NCBI GenBank assembly: GCA_963827165.1
Contig: CAWGZR010000003.1
Coordinates: 192,001-256,000, forward strand
Reading direction: 5' to 3'
Length of the DNA stretch: 64,000 nt
Source of the DNA: Candidatus Bathyarchaeota archaeon
GTDB taxonomy: Archaea; Thermoproteota; Bathyarchaeia; Bathyarchaeales; Bathycorpusculaceae
Shown here one piece after another: positions 20,451 to 30,778 of this stretch. The notes under the pieces are model-generated. The model was not told where the DNA came from. It was given only the letters and a program-made list of their open reading frames with translations, and did not search any database. The position numbers and the translations under genes were made by a program. The number at the start of each line of letters is the position of its first letter. Positions within the stretch are counted from its first letter, which is position 1.

Positions 20451-20530
20451 ACTGTGAGCTAAAATAAGCTATCTTAAGCTAAAATACGCTATAATGAGCT
20501 GTTTTAAGCCAAAATACGCTATAAAAGGCT
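20451..20530 (+). repeat. Degenerate 10-bp-period tandem repeat (8 units ending GCT/GCC)
   Basis: actgtgagct aaaataagct atcttaagct aaaatacgct ataatgagct gttttaagcc aaaatacgct ataaaaggct. Confidence 0.8.
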
Positions 20531-20807
20531 AAAAAAGACAATGTAATCGCCTGGTGTAAGAATTGGGCGTTTGTAGGGGTGGAAAATGAGAGTTTTCGTC
20601 TCAAGGTCATAAAATGTCTTAATAACACCAGATGCTTGATATAGACTATCCATTAACGATATTTTGACCGCATTTGAAGCAGAACATATTCTCATACGGG
20701 TTTACTGAGCAACGACAGCAAGTGTTTATTTTTTATGCACTTACCAAAATCAGTGCATAAGATTTTGGTAAAGTCTTATTAGATCAATAGAATTTCTCAT
20801 ATAAACA

Positions 20808-22112
20808 ATGAAGATAAGGCAACTCTCAGTTTTGCTCATTTTGTTGCTGATTTCTCCGCTTTTTCTGAGCTTTATCCAAACATCCAAAGCGGTCACCTCA
20901 TCGAATAAGTCTAACGTGTATATTGGAATCGATGTTGCCTTCCAAAGCGTAGCCGCAACTGAACAACAAGTCGATAATATCAGTTCTTACACAAACTTCT
21001 TTGTAATCGGATGCACCGGAAACTACAATCTAACGAGGCTTACTATCATAAGCGAATACGTATACGATAAGGGATTAACCTTCATAGTTTATTCCGATGA
21101 TCCTAGATATCCCTCAAGCGAATGGTTCCGAGAAGCAAAGAACAATTGGGGGGACAAATTTCTAGGAATATATTACCTTGATGAAGAGGGCGGCAAACAA
21201 CTTGACCAAGCCAAATACCCCATTGTTACAACATCAACTAACTATAGTGAGGCAGCTGCAACATACGTTAATGTGATGAATCAACTGCTGCGTAATGGGT
21301 CATTCTCAATTTCCCAAAGATTTGCTTATCCAACAGAATATCAATTATTCACCTCAGACTATGGGCTTTACTGGTACGATTACGAAGCAGGTTATAACAC
21401 GGTTTTCGATGAGTTCGGCTTGCGCACCGGTTGGGCAAATGATAGTCAACTACTGAATCTGGCGCTCTGCAGAGGGGCAGCCACCGCATTCAACCAAAGT
21501 TGGGGGGTAATGATAACTTGGGCGTACAATCAACCGCCCTACATGGAGAACGGTTCAGAACTCTACAAGGACATGGTTTTAGCATATAACAACGGCGCTA
21601 AATACATCGTAGTTTTTGACAGCAACGCAAACTATACTCAAAACGTTTTGACTCAAGGACAGCTCAATGGGATAAAGCAGTTCTGGCAGTATGTTCAAGC
21701 TAACCCAAGAACCATAAATACTGTTAGCGACAGAATGGCGTATGTACTCCCCCAGGATTATGGCTATGGTTTTCGCGGTCCAGATGACAAAATCTGGGGA
21801 TTATGGAATACAGATTCACTCACTATTGATATCGGTATGAGCGTCTCCACACTCTTGCAAATGGAAGGCGATAACTTAGACATAGTATACCCATCGCAAG
21901 CCCTTGATTCTGAAGGGTACAATAGCATCATCTATTGGAACGATACAACACTTATACCCACACAATCACTTAGCCCTCAACAAGCTCATTCCTCACCTTT
22001 GTATTCAGATAGGATTTACCTTTATGGGACCGTGGCAAGTATCATGGTTGCTGTTGCGACAGCCGCCGCATTGTTAAAGTTTCGAAAAAAATCATCTAAA
22101 GTTCTTAATTGA
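20808..22112 (+). CDS. Secreted, C-terminally anchored hypothetical protein
   Basis: Signal peptide; Y/W-rich core (YLDEEGG, FTSDYGLYWYDY, FDEFG); C-terminal TM with basic tail. Confidence 0.85.
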   Translation: MKIRQLSVLLILLLISPLFLSFIQTSKAVTSSNKSNVYIGIDVAFQSVAATEQQVDNISSYTNFFVIGCTGNYNLTRLTIISEYVYDKGLTFIVYSDDPRYPSSEWFREAKNNWGDKFLGIYYLDEEGGKQLDQAKYPIVTTSTNYSEAAATYVNVMNQLLRNGSFSISQRFAYPTEYQLFTSDYGLYWYDYEAGYNTVFDEFGLRTGWANDSQLLNLALCRGAATAFNQSWGVMITWAYNQPPYMENGSELYKDMVLAYNNGAKYIVVFDSNANYTQNVLTQGQLNGIKQFWQYVQANPRTINTVSDRMAYVLPQDYGYGFRGPDDKIWGLWNTDSLTIDIGMSVSTLLQMEGDNLDIVYPSQALDSEGYNSIIYWNDTTLIPTQSLSPQQAHSSPLYSDRIYLYGTVASIMVAVATAAALLKFRKKSSKVLN

Positions 22113-22767
22113 AAGATGCAAATTATTCAATAATTTCAAGTACAGGAGTTCCTAAGTTAGGACAGCTTTAAAGAAATCAGCTAAAGTCCATTCATTCAAT
22201 TTCAGGATTGCAATGTTCACAAACTCTGATAGAACTCAAGTTTGTTCGATTACCTATCTTCAATTTTTCCGCCACTCTGATGACTACGAAAAATAGCTAC
22301 GATTCCACCATCTTTCACCTGTTGCAGCAAAGCATTTAGACTCACAGAAACACCAGTCTTTTTAATTACTAATTGCCCGATCCTTTTCTCTTGAACTCTC
22401 TTGCTTTGTCGTACATTCGCATTTCTTCAAAGCTTTCGCTGTATCTTGCGTTCTTCTGCATTTCTTGAGGGTCTTAGGCAGCGCCTTCGTCTAATTATTG
22501 TGGAACTTATTAAATTCTGGAAGAGCTATTCTATAGGATGTAATCCAAAAAAAAGCATTCTGAATTGGGGAAAGGGAGCGATTTCAGCCACCATGAGCGA
22601 AGGGGGCTTTTAGAAGTATACCCCCAAACTGAGAAAAATAGGAATCAGACAAAAACTTGAAAAAGAGAGCTAAATACAGAATGCACACCGATTTTAAAAT
22701 AGGCTAATTAACAACGAGCGCTTAAGCATGCAGCGTATGCGTTCACGGCTGTTTAAGTGAAGATTCG

Positions 22768-23385
22768 ATGAAAACAAAACAGGAAAACGCGGATATAGAA
22801 CATTTTAACCGCAGAGCAGCAACCTATGAAACTGCAATCAGTCAAGGCTACTTCTTCGACAGAGTTCAGAGAAGGGTTTTGCAGTTGGCTAAAGACCAGC
22901 GTTCCCCGCAGGTCATTATGGACGTTGGTTGCGGGACAGGTCGATTACTTAGAAAAGCAAATCAGCAGTGGCCCAACGCAAAGCTTGTGGGTGTTGACGC
23001 GGCTGAGAAAATGATAGCTCAGGCGACTCAGCTGTTCCCTGGGGCAGAATTTCATGTTGCTATGGCTGAAGCTTTGCCTTTTCCTGAAGCCTCGGTTGAT
23101 ATTGCTTTTAGTACACTTTCATTTCATCATTGGGCTAATCAAGCCAAAGGAATAAGTGAAGTTGCCCGTGTTTTGCGGCCGCAGGGAAGGTTTGTGTTGG
23201 CAGACATTGTTGTTCCGCGTTGGATGTCAGTCTTTGTCGGGAACTTTAGGTACAACAGCCCTGCAACTATAAGAAACATGTTCACGAAGGCTGGGCTAAC
23301 TGTGGATCTTCAGCAGCAGCCGTGGAGTTGGTCACGGGTTCTTTTGGTAACAGTTGGTTCAAAGGGTAGCGGAGGGAGGGCTTAG
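22768..23385 (+). CDS. Class I SAM-dependent methyltransferase (UbiE-like)
   Basis: DVGCGTG, AEALPF, SFHHW, RVLRPQG. Confidence 0.92.
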   Translation: MKTKQENADIEHFNRRAATYETAISQGYFFDRVQRRVLQLAKDQRSPQVIMDVGCGTGRLLRKANQQWPNAKLVGVDAAEKMIAQATQLFPGAEFHVAMAEALPFPEASVDIAFSTLSFHHWANQAKGISEVARVLRPQGRFVLADIVVPRWMSVFVGNFRYNSPATIRNMFTKAGLTVDLQQQPWSWSRVLLVTVGSKGSGGRA

Positions 23386-23411
23386 CTACGGTTTTTATCA
23401 CTGACGAATAC

Positions 23412-24020
23412 TTGTTCTTCGCATCAGTTTTTATGATTTCTCTTTCAGGCGTTCTAATGCCTGGACCATTATTCGCCGCAACTATCCAGCAGGCAACCAA
23501 ACGCAAATCTGCAGGAGCATTAATCGCGGTTGGACACGCAATAGTAGAGGTCCCACTGATGTTCCTTATCTATTTCATACTAACCCAAGTCGCCATTCCC
23601 ACATTTGTCCAGCTTGCCGTGGGATTGATCGGCGGGCTCCTAATGGTTTTAATGGGGATTCAAACATTCAGAACCAGAAATAAAATCCAAGAAAACCAAG
23701 CCTCACAGAAAAAAGATTCGCTTTTTGCTGGAATCTACACCACTGCAGTTAACGCTGGCTTTATTCTTTGGTGGTTGACAATTGGAACCACGCTTATTCT
23801 AAATGCTCAATTGTTTGGGCTAATCGGCGTCTCAATTTTCGCAGGCATTCATTGGCTATGCGATCTTTCATGGTACACGGTAACTGCCTTAGTGATCTTC
23901 GGATCCCAACGTTTCTGGACGGCACGCGCTCGTGCAGGTATAACTCTTTTTTGTGCGGCAGTCTTCATCGGCTTTGGAGTTTACTTCATGAGTTCAGCGA
24001 TTTCGTCTTTATTGGCATAG
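23412..24020 (+). CDS. LysE family translocator
   Basis: SGVLMPGP, GHAIVE, multiple TMs. Confidence 0.88.
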   Translation: MFFASVFMISLSGVLMPGPLFAATIQQATKRKSAGALIAVGHAIVEVPLMFLIYFILTQVAIPTFVQLAVGLIGGLLMVLMGIQTFRTRNKIQENQASQKKDSLFAGIYTTAVNAGFILWWLTIGTTLILNAQLFGLIGVSIFAGIHWLCDLSWYTVTALVIFGSQRFWTARARAGITLFCAAVFIGFGVYFMSSAISSLLA

Positions 24021-24050
24021 TTATATACCCCATTGGCGAGAGGTGATATT

Positions 24051-24614
24051 ATGGAGTTTAGAGTTGGAAACGCAGTTTTGCAGATAATCCAAGGTGACAT
24101 AACAGATGTTGAGGCAGACGCAATCGTGAACGCGGCGAACTCCTCGCTTATGGGAGGCGGCGGAGTGGACGGCGCAATACATCGGAAGGGAGGACCCACC
24201 ATCGATCGGGAATGCAGGCGAATAAGGGAGACTGAGTGGCCTGATGGTCTACCTACTGGGAAAGCGGTTATGACTTCAGGCGGAAATTTAAAGGCAAAAT
24301 ATGTGATACATACTGTTGGACCTGTTTGGCTCGGCGGCTTCCATGTTGAAGCAGAACTTCTCAAGCAAGCATACCGGAACTCAATGAAACTTGCCGCTGC
24401 AAAGGGACTTAAAGTGATTGCGTTTCCATCTATCAGCACGGGCGCCTACGGTTACCCTATCGAAGAGGCCAGCCGCATTGCAGTGAACACGGTGAAGGAT
24501 TTCTTGGAAAAGGAAGACAAGCTTGAAAGCGTTATTTTAGTTTTGTTTTCTGAAGGCGACTTCCAGATTTACATGCAAACTGCCAAGTCAATTCTCGGTA
24601 AATTAACTATTTAG
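24051..24614 (+). CDS. Macro-domain O-acetyl-ADP-ribose deacetylase (YmdB-like)
   Basis: GDIT, IVNAAN, GGGGVDGAIH, HTVGP, FPSISTGAYGYP; GAGGTGA SD. Confidence 0.95.
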   Translation: MEFRVGNAVLQIIQGDITDVEADAIVNAANSSLMGGGGVDGAIHRKGGPTIDRECRRIRETEWPDGLPTGKAVMTSGGNLKAKYVIHTVGPVWLGGFHVEAELLKQAYRNSMKLAAAKGLKVIAFPSISTGAYGYPIEEASRIAVNTVKDFLEKEDKLESVILVLFSEGDFQIYMQTAKSILGKLTI

Positions 24615-24863
24615 CGAGTTTTACTTCTTTGACTTTCATTATTGAAGTGAATGGAATATCTATTTTCTCCATAGCGCAAGAACTGCGTCTCTGCTTGCTG
24701 CCTCAAGAACGAAAGCGACTCTGACTTCGGCACGGCAGCAGTAACATGACTTCACTTGCATATCCTTGATTTTTCCTGAGGAAGCTGTTTTCACGCCCCT
24801 TTGGCGCAAGCCTTCGGATCTCCTTGCCGGACCGCAAAATTGCTGAGTTCACAATGTGGGCAT
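24611..24863 (-). pseudogene. Frameshifted small protein, possibly DUF4242-like
   Basis: Pieced together: MPT...GKIKDMQVKSCYCCRAEVRVAFVLEAASRDAVLA/MEKIDIPFTSIMKVKEVKLAK*; needs at least 2 indels. Confidence 0.4.
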
Positions 24864-25007
24864 AAAATCGAGTCCAATATTATAGTTAATGCGGCGTTTC
24901 ATAAACTACTGGTGGGATAACTTGTGGCGACCTTTGTTGTTGATTTGTTGTAGTCACATATTCATTTATCAATCAGTTAATCCGTGTTAAGGTCAAGGCG
25001 AGTGAAG

Positions 25008-25121
25008 ATGAGAGAACCAACATTTGCTTGCCCATACTGCAACAAGCAGTACTGGCGAAGTCGGTACATGCTCTAGAAACATGTGCAAACAGGACATGAA
25101 ACGAAAAAAATACATCAATGA
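25008..25121 (+). CDS. Small C2H2 zinc-finger protein with internal TAG
   Basis: MREPTFACPYCNKQYWRSRYML*KHVQTGHETKKIHQ; CxxC...HxxxxH spans a TAG at 25074-25076. Confidence 0.45.
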
Positions 25122-25274
25122 CCAACTCCGAACATAAACATGAAGAAAACATTGGGAATTATCGGCGATAGCGGCTAAAGGATTGTTTTAATGTTTGTGT
25201 GTTCAACAATTGCAAGTGCAATTAGCCTCCTAAATACACTTAAATATTGAGTCTTGCGATATTCACAATAACTC

Positions 25275-25676
25275 GTGCTGAAAATGAGGAATGATAATAT
25301 GGCCCAAACTGAAACATTAAGCCCTTGCTTTGAGTTTTCGCTAAAAAATGAGCATTCCGAAATGGATTTTGAAATTGCAATCGCAGAGGCAGTAAACGAT
25401 ATTCTCACCTCTTTAGGCGAAAACACAAAGCAGGCGGTCTACAGTCACCTCAAAAACGCCTACGGCATAAACAAAGACGATATTCCCTGCAAAATTGGAG
25501 GTTTCGCGAACGCAATCGAAGAAACATTCGGTTCAGTCGGCAAACTAATTGAGATAAAAATAATTGAAAAGCTACACTCTCAATACACTGATTTCCGCTT
25601 TGCTCCGAAAAACGGAACGCTAGACTTCGTCGAATACGTTAGTTGCCTGCAAAGTCGTCTTCAGCCAAAAGCATAA
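25275..25676 (+). CDS. DUF3227/NitrOD5-like domain protein
   Basis: EAV..ILTSLGE...AVYSHL...YGI....IP.....F..AIEETFG..GKLIE pattern. Confidence 0.65.
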   Translation: MLKMRNDNMAQTETLSPCFEFSLKNEHSEMDFEIAIAEAVNDILTSLGENTKQAVYSHLKNAYGINKDDIPCKIGGFANAIEETFGSVGKLIEIKIIEKLHSQYTDFRFAPKNGTLDFVEYVSCLQSRLQPKA

Positions 25677-25855
25677 ACCGCTGACGCTTAAATTGATCTA
25701 GAACACCAACGCAAGATTCCTCAGATTCTACAGTTTTTTTCAAGGGTCGCCGATAGCTAGTAAGGTAATTGCAAGTGGAAGTAGGAACCTCAGAAATAGC
25801 ATGGTCGATTCTTCATCTGAGGTTAAGCTGCCGCTAAGAGAGAAGATGTTCGCTT

Positions 25856-26401
25856 TTAACCGTTTGTGGTTTCGATTTGAATCAGCGAGTATGCGTCATA
25901 TTTATCTTCGATTAGTTTTCTGCCTTGTAAATAGCTGAGTTCAATCAGGAACCCCAAGCCCACGACTTCGCCGCCCAATTTTTCGACTAAATCAATGTTG
26001 GCCTTCATTGTTCCACCAGTTGCGAGCAAATCGTCAATAAGCAGGATTCTTTGTCCCTTCTCTATTGCGTCTTCATGTATCTCGATGACGTCGGATTCGT
26101 ATTCTTTTTTGTAAATGAGCTCGACGCATTTGGAAGGTAACTTGCCTTTCTTCCGTATGGGCACGAAGCCTACGCCTAGCTCGTAAGCTACAGCAGCACC
26201 GATGATGAAGCCTCTAGCCTCGTTTGATACCACTAAGTCAACGGGGACATCTCGGAAATGATCCGCAAGCTGCTTAACGCTTTGATGAAGTGAATCTCCA
26301 TCTCTTAGAAGTGGCGTAATATCCCAGAATACGACTCCTTTAAACTGTGGTATGCGCCTGACTTTAGTTTTTAAGTCGATTTTCATTTTAGATTGGCTCA
26401 T
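25856..26401 (-). CDS. apt: Adenine phosphoribosyltransferase
   Basis: FWDITPLL, EARGFIIG, RKKGKLP, IDDLLATGGT. Confidence 0.95.
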   Translation of the reverse strand: MSQSKMKIDLKTKVRRIPQFKGVVFWDITPLLRDGDSLHQSVKQLADHFRDVPVDLVVSNEARGFIIGAAVAYELGVGFVPIRKKGKLPSKCVELIYKKEYESDVIEIHEDAIEKGQRILLIDDLLATGGTMKANIDLVEKLGGEVVGLGFLIELSYLQGRKLIEDKYDAYSLIQIETTNG

Positions 26402-26414
26402 GTTCAATTCGTCC

Positions 26415-27206
26415 TTAAACAAAGGCTCCTTTGAGAGCTTCTCTACATTCGCATGCGGGCTCGCTGGGCAGTTTGGCTACTGTCTGAGCGATTATGCGTT
26501 TGACATTTTCAATGTTGGTTTTCATTATTTTGATAACTTCGTCAACGCTGACCGGATGATCTTTCCAAACGTCGTAATCCGTCACGGTTGATATGGAAGC
26601 GTAGCATATTTCCGCTTCCCTTGCCAAGACACATTCAGGAACAAGTGTCATGCCGACAACGTCTGCGCCCCACTGCCGATACATTTTTGATTCAGCCTTA
26701 GTAGAAAAGCGCGGTCCCTCAATGCAAACGTAAGTTCCAGTTGGATGCATTTTGACCCCCAAGGTCTTGGCGACTGAAATTATATTTTCTCTCAGTTCAG
26801 GGCACATTGGCTCGGCAACGCCTATGTGGCAGACTTTGTCCTCTGTGTAGAATGATTGTTCCCGCCTGGTTGTGCGGTCGATGAATTGGTCGCAGAAAAC
26901 GATTTCGCCAGGATGAAAATCTTCTCGCAATGACCCGACAGTGCTTGGAGCTAATATGCGATTTACCCCGAGTTTTTTCAAGGCAAAGATGTTGGCTCTA
27001 ACATTGATGTCTGTGGGTCTAATCGTATGTTTTTTGCCGTGGCGAGGAAGAAAAGCCACACATTTACCGCCCAGTTCCCCGATCGTTATTGAGTCTGAGG
27101 GTTTTCCATAAGGTGTTTCTACCGTTATTTCCTGTATGTTCTTGAGGCGTCCAGGATCGTAGAGACCTGTTCCACCAATTATGCCTATTTCTGCTTGCAT
27201 GCCCAT
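26415..27206 (-). CDS. mtnP: S-methyl-5'-thioadenosine phosphorylase
   Basis: IGIIGGTG, TPYG.PS, PRHG, EGPRFST.AES, GMT, VTDYD. Confidence 0.93.
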   Translation of the reverse strand: MGMQAEIGIIGGTGLYDPGRLKNIQEITVETPYGKPSDSITIGELGGKCVAFLPRHGKKHTIRPTDINVRANIFALKKLGVNRILAPSTVGSLREDFHPGEIVFCDQFIDRTTRREQSFYTEDKVCHIGVAEPMCPELRENIISVAKTLGVKMHPTGTYVCIEGPRFSTKAESKMYRQWGADVVGMTLVPECVLAREAEICYASISTVTDYDVWKDHPVSVDEVIKIMKTNIENVKRIIAQTVAKLPSEPACECREALKGAFV

Positions 27207-27479
27207 TAACTCTCAAACGATGAACTTATAAGAATAGCGTTAAGAATACGTGATGACGCAGAACTTTTTCCCAACCTTTTCGTGGGAGATTTTTTCTACA
27301 AAAAAATGTGGTTCCTCAAGGACTATGTTGCCAAGTCAAACATCACTGAAATTCCTATTTAACTGCATTTCCAAAAAAAACGCTTATTTTGTTTTGTCCG
27401 CTATATGGCGTTTATTATTCGATGTGCCATTTCAGTAAGTTTGAATCCTAAAAAAAGGATGTGGATGAAAAGAGTGTTT

Positions 27480-28972
27480 TTAGCTTGCGCTCTTTTCAAG
27501 AAAGCTATTGAGGATTTTTGTTCTTGACTCAATTAATTCTTGAAGGTCATTCTTTATTTTTTCAGTCGCCGCTGCTAATTCTGTCGCCTGTGTAACTACA
27601 GTATTTGAGTTCTTTCCCACTGTTTCTGCTTCTGCAAGTATTTCTTTAGTTGATTGCTCAATTTTCGTTGCATTGTCAGCCACATCCCACGCGAGTCTAG
27701 CCATTTCTTGAGCTTCACCGACGACACTTTTGGTTACTTCCTCAACTTTCTCAGCCGTTCCAGAGACATCTTTAGCTATCGCAGCCATTTCTTGTGAAGC
27801 GGCTGTTTGTTGCTGGATTGCTGCGGAGGCTTCCTCTGATGCTGAAGAACTTTCTTCGGCTATGCTTGCTACTTCCTCAATTGTTTTGACGACAGTGCTT
27901 AAAGCTTCAAGTCCGCGGTCAACTCCGTCGAGCTAGATTTGTTAACTTTGCCAGTCATTTCGCCCATTATCGACGAAATTCCCTCAGCTTCCTGAATTGC
28001 GCCTAAAACAACGTTTGCCCCTTCAACTGCTCCTGCCTGAGATTTTTGAGCTATATTGCTTGTTTGAAGCCCTGCCTCTTTGATTCCCTTAACTAAGTTA
28101 ATTGCCGACCCTGCCGCAACTTTTGACTGCCCCGCCAAGCCTTTAACCGCATCAGCGACTACCGCAAAGCCTCTGCCAGCTTCACCCGCTCGTGCGGCTT
28201 CAATTGCAGCGTTTAAGGCTAACATGTTTGTCTGACCTGCGATATCTGAAACAGAGTTAGCCATTTGGCCCACTTGCTCGACTGAATTAACCATTGAGGT
28301 GACCGCGTCTGAAACTTTGGTAATGTCACTCTTAATGTTCTCAATAGCTACTAGCCCTTTCTGCCCTTTCGCGTTGGCATCTTTAGATCGCTTTAATGCA
28401 TCATTAGTGACGGCTGAAGCTTCTCTTGCGATTGTTCCTGCTTCGTCCATAACTTTCTTTAATGACTCGGTGCTTCGTGCAGCACTTTGTGATAGACCCG
28501 CCAGTTTTTGTGCACCCATGGAGACCTGCTGTGAAGCATTGCTAACTTGTTGCATACCTGTTGCCATTTGGTTTGAAACATTGGCCGCTTGCTTGCCCAT
28601 CTCAACAACTTTAGCAGTTGATTTGGTTGCGCCGTCTGCACTTGAAGCAACTTTGTTCGCGACTTCTTCAACGCTCTTTGCAGTTACGCCTACTTTCCCA
28701 ACGATCTCCGCGGCACTCATTGCAAGCTCAGCAACTTTTCTCGCCGAGTTTTCTGCTTGAAAAGCCAGGTCTGCTGCTACCGCCGCTTTTTGAAGCGGTT
28801 CATCAACTTGAAGGTTCATTTTCTCGGCGCTTGCAATTGACTCTTGGAGAACTGTGATCAGTTGTTTCTTAAGTCCCTCATTTTCTTCTGCTAAGCGTTT
28901 GTTTTCCTTTTCAAGTTTTTCTAAAACTTTACCTTTCTCCAGATTAGGTTTTTCTTGAGATTCAGCGGTCAT
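27480..28972 (-). CDS. Soluble methyl-accepting chemotaxis protein (frameshift near 27935)
   Basis: [30 protein letters not shown] hairpin; no TM; continues in another frame ([26 protein letters not shown]) to a stop at 27480. Confidence 0.88.
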
Positions 28973-29075
28973 GTTGATTACTTTCCAGTTTAATTTATGC
29001 TGATTCGATTAGGTGCTTTGCTTATAATTAAATTATGAATGCCTTGTACAGATTCTAAATCAATGAAATTTAAAA

Positions 29076-30098
29076 CTAATTGCATGCACAGATGATTTCT
29101 TTCGAAATCAAATCCAAAGACGCAACCTTATCGATACAGCCAGTTTCAAAAGCAGTTTTAGGCATGCCGTACACAACGCTTGTTCTTTCGTCCTGCGCAA
29201 TGGTGAACCCACCTTTTTCTTTGATAGCTTTGATTCCTTTGGCACCGTCAACACCGATACCAGTTAAGATTACCCCTATGTTCTTGGAACCAAACGCTTC
29301 AGCAGAGGAAATCATCGTAACGTCGCCTGACGGTCGAACAAAGTTGACAGGATGTCCGGTGGTCAAAGCAATTCTTTTACCTTTTGTCACGATCATATGA
29401 AAACCTCCAGGAGCAATTAAAGCAAGCCCTCCTTGAATTTTATCGCCTTCTTCAGCTTCTTTCACCTGAAATTTGCAGACGTCACTTAATCTTTGAGCGA
29501 AGAATCTTGTTATCCCTTTAGGCATGTGTTGGACAATTAGTATAGGCGGCACATCTGCTGGAAGACCTCTTAGAATCTCGGTAATCGCGGGCGGACCCCC
29601 AGTTGAAGCAGTTAACGATATGATTTTATCATGATTTTTTATGTTCCTATTCAAGGTATCATGAACTATGGTTTTGACCCTGTTTACATTCGAGAAAGAA
29701 GCAATCTTGATTTTCGAAATCAGCTCATCCTTAACAATATCTATGTCTAACGATAAAGATCCTGATGGTTTATGCACGTAGTCAATCGCCCCGTATTCCA
29801 AGCCCTTCAAAGTTAGCTCTGCGTCTCTTTGTGTCAAAGCACTTACCATTACAATAGGGACCGGGTCCGCCTCCATAATTTTTTGAACTGCTGCTAACCC
29901 ATCCATCTTCGGCATTTCTATGTCCATTGTAACAATGTCAGGATGAAGATTTTCGATTTTTGAAAGCGCTTCTTCTCCGTTTCTTGCTGTGCCTACGACT
30001 TTTATTTGCGGGTCTGATTGAACCAGATCAACAAGAATTTTTTGCATGAATAGAGAATCATCGACAATAAGTAACTTGATTTGACCCATAGACCTCAT
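29076..30098 (-). CDS. cheB: Chemotaxis response regulator/methylesterase CheB
   Basis: REC domain plus ASTGGP, QHMP, RPSGD, LTG.G.DG, YGMP. Confidence 0.96.
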   Translation of the reverse strand: MRSMGQIKLLIVDDSLFMQKILVDLVQSDPQIKVVGTARNGEEALSKIENLHPDIVTMDIEMPKMDGLAAVQKIMEADPVPIVMVSALTQRDAELTLKGLEYGAIDYVHKPSGSLSLDIDIVKDELISKIKIASFSNVNRVKTIVHDTLNRNIKNHDKIISLTASTGGPPAITEILRGLPADVPPILIVQHMPKGITRFFAQRLSDVCKFQVKEAEEGDKIQGGLALIAPGGFHMIVTKGKRIALTTGHPVNFVRPSGDVTMISSAEAFGSKNIGVILTGIGVDGAKGIKAIKEKGGFTIAQDERTSVVYGMPKTAFETGCIDKVASLDLISKEIICACN

Positions 30099-30133
30099 CC
30101 GTGCATGAAAAAAGACAGAGGGAAAGTCAAGTC

Positions 30134-30649
30134 CTAAGGCTTAGGCATGGCCTGTGATTGAATTTGGAAACCTCGAGTGTCATCTTTCATATTTGTGGCG
30201 TCTTTTGACGCTATTTTGATGAAATCAAGCAAGATTATTAGATCTTTGTCATGTTTGGCTACGCCAACAACTGCCTCGGATTTATCTACGATCAAGCTGT
30301 CTGGATTTGACTCAATGTCTTTTTTCGAAAGCGTCAAAACTTCCATGACAGAATCAACCATTATACCAATCGGGTGCTTATCCTGCACTATAATCATGAT
30401 GTTAGTGTTTTCGTTTGTTTTACCTGTTATTCCGAAGCGTCTTCTAAGATCTATTACCGGTATTACTTCACCTCTGAGGTTTGTGACGCCCCTCACATAA
30501 TCAGGAGCATAGGGAACAGGAGTCACGCCTTCAAAGTTTTTTACTTCACGAACTTGATGCACATCAACGCCGTACAAGACGTTATCAAGCGAAAAGGTTA
30601 GCATTTGCATCTCCTCAAGAGCGCTCATTCTGTTGTTAACAATTGCCAC
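30134..30649 (-). CDS. cheW: Chemotaxis protein CheW
   Basis: VTPVPYAPDYVRGVTNLRGEVIPVIDLR. Confidence 0.96.
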   Translation of the reverse strand: MAIVNNRMSALEEMQMLTFSLDNVLYGVDVHQVREVKNFEGVTPVPYAPDYVRGVTNLRGEVIPVIDLRRRFGITGKTNENTNIMIIVQDKHPIGIMVDSVMEVLTLSKKDIESNPDSLIVDKSEAVVGVAKHDKDLIILLDFIKIASKDATNMKDDTRGFQIQSQAMPKP

Positions 30650-30778
30650 TTATGTTCACCTGTACTTGCCAGTTAGTTTTAGCTTATTCACTAAAACTGT
30701 TATTTGTCGGTTATGAAAAGAAAGTAAAGATTATGAATTCTGATTTCGAAACAAAACTCTCAAAATAAGCCTTAGAAT

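Noticed and set aside
24611-24863. TGA at codon 5 of this small ORF as selenocysteine (selD is present)
   Set aside because: The ORF needs other indels anyway, the TGA is not in a recognisable redox motif, and no SECIS-like element was identified.
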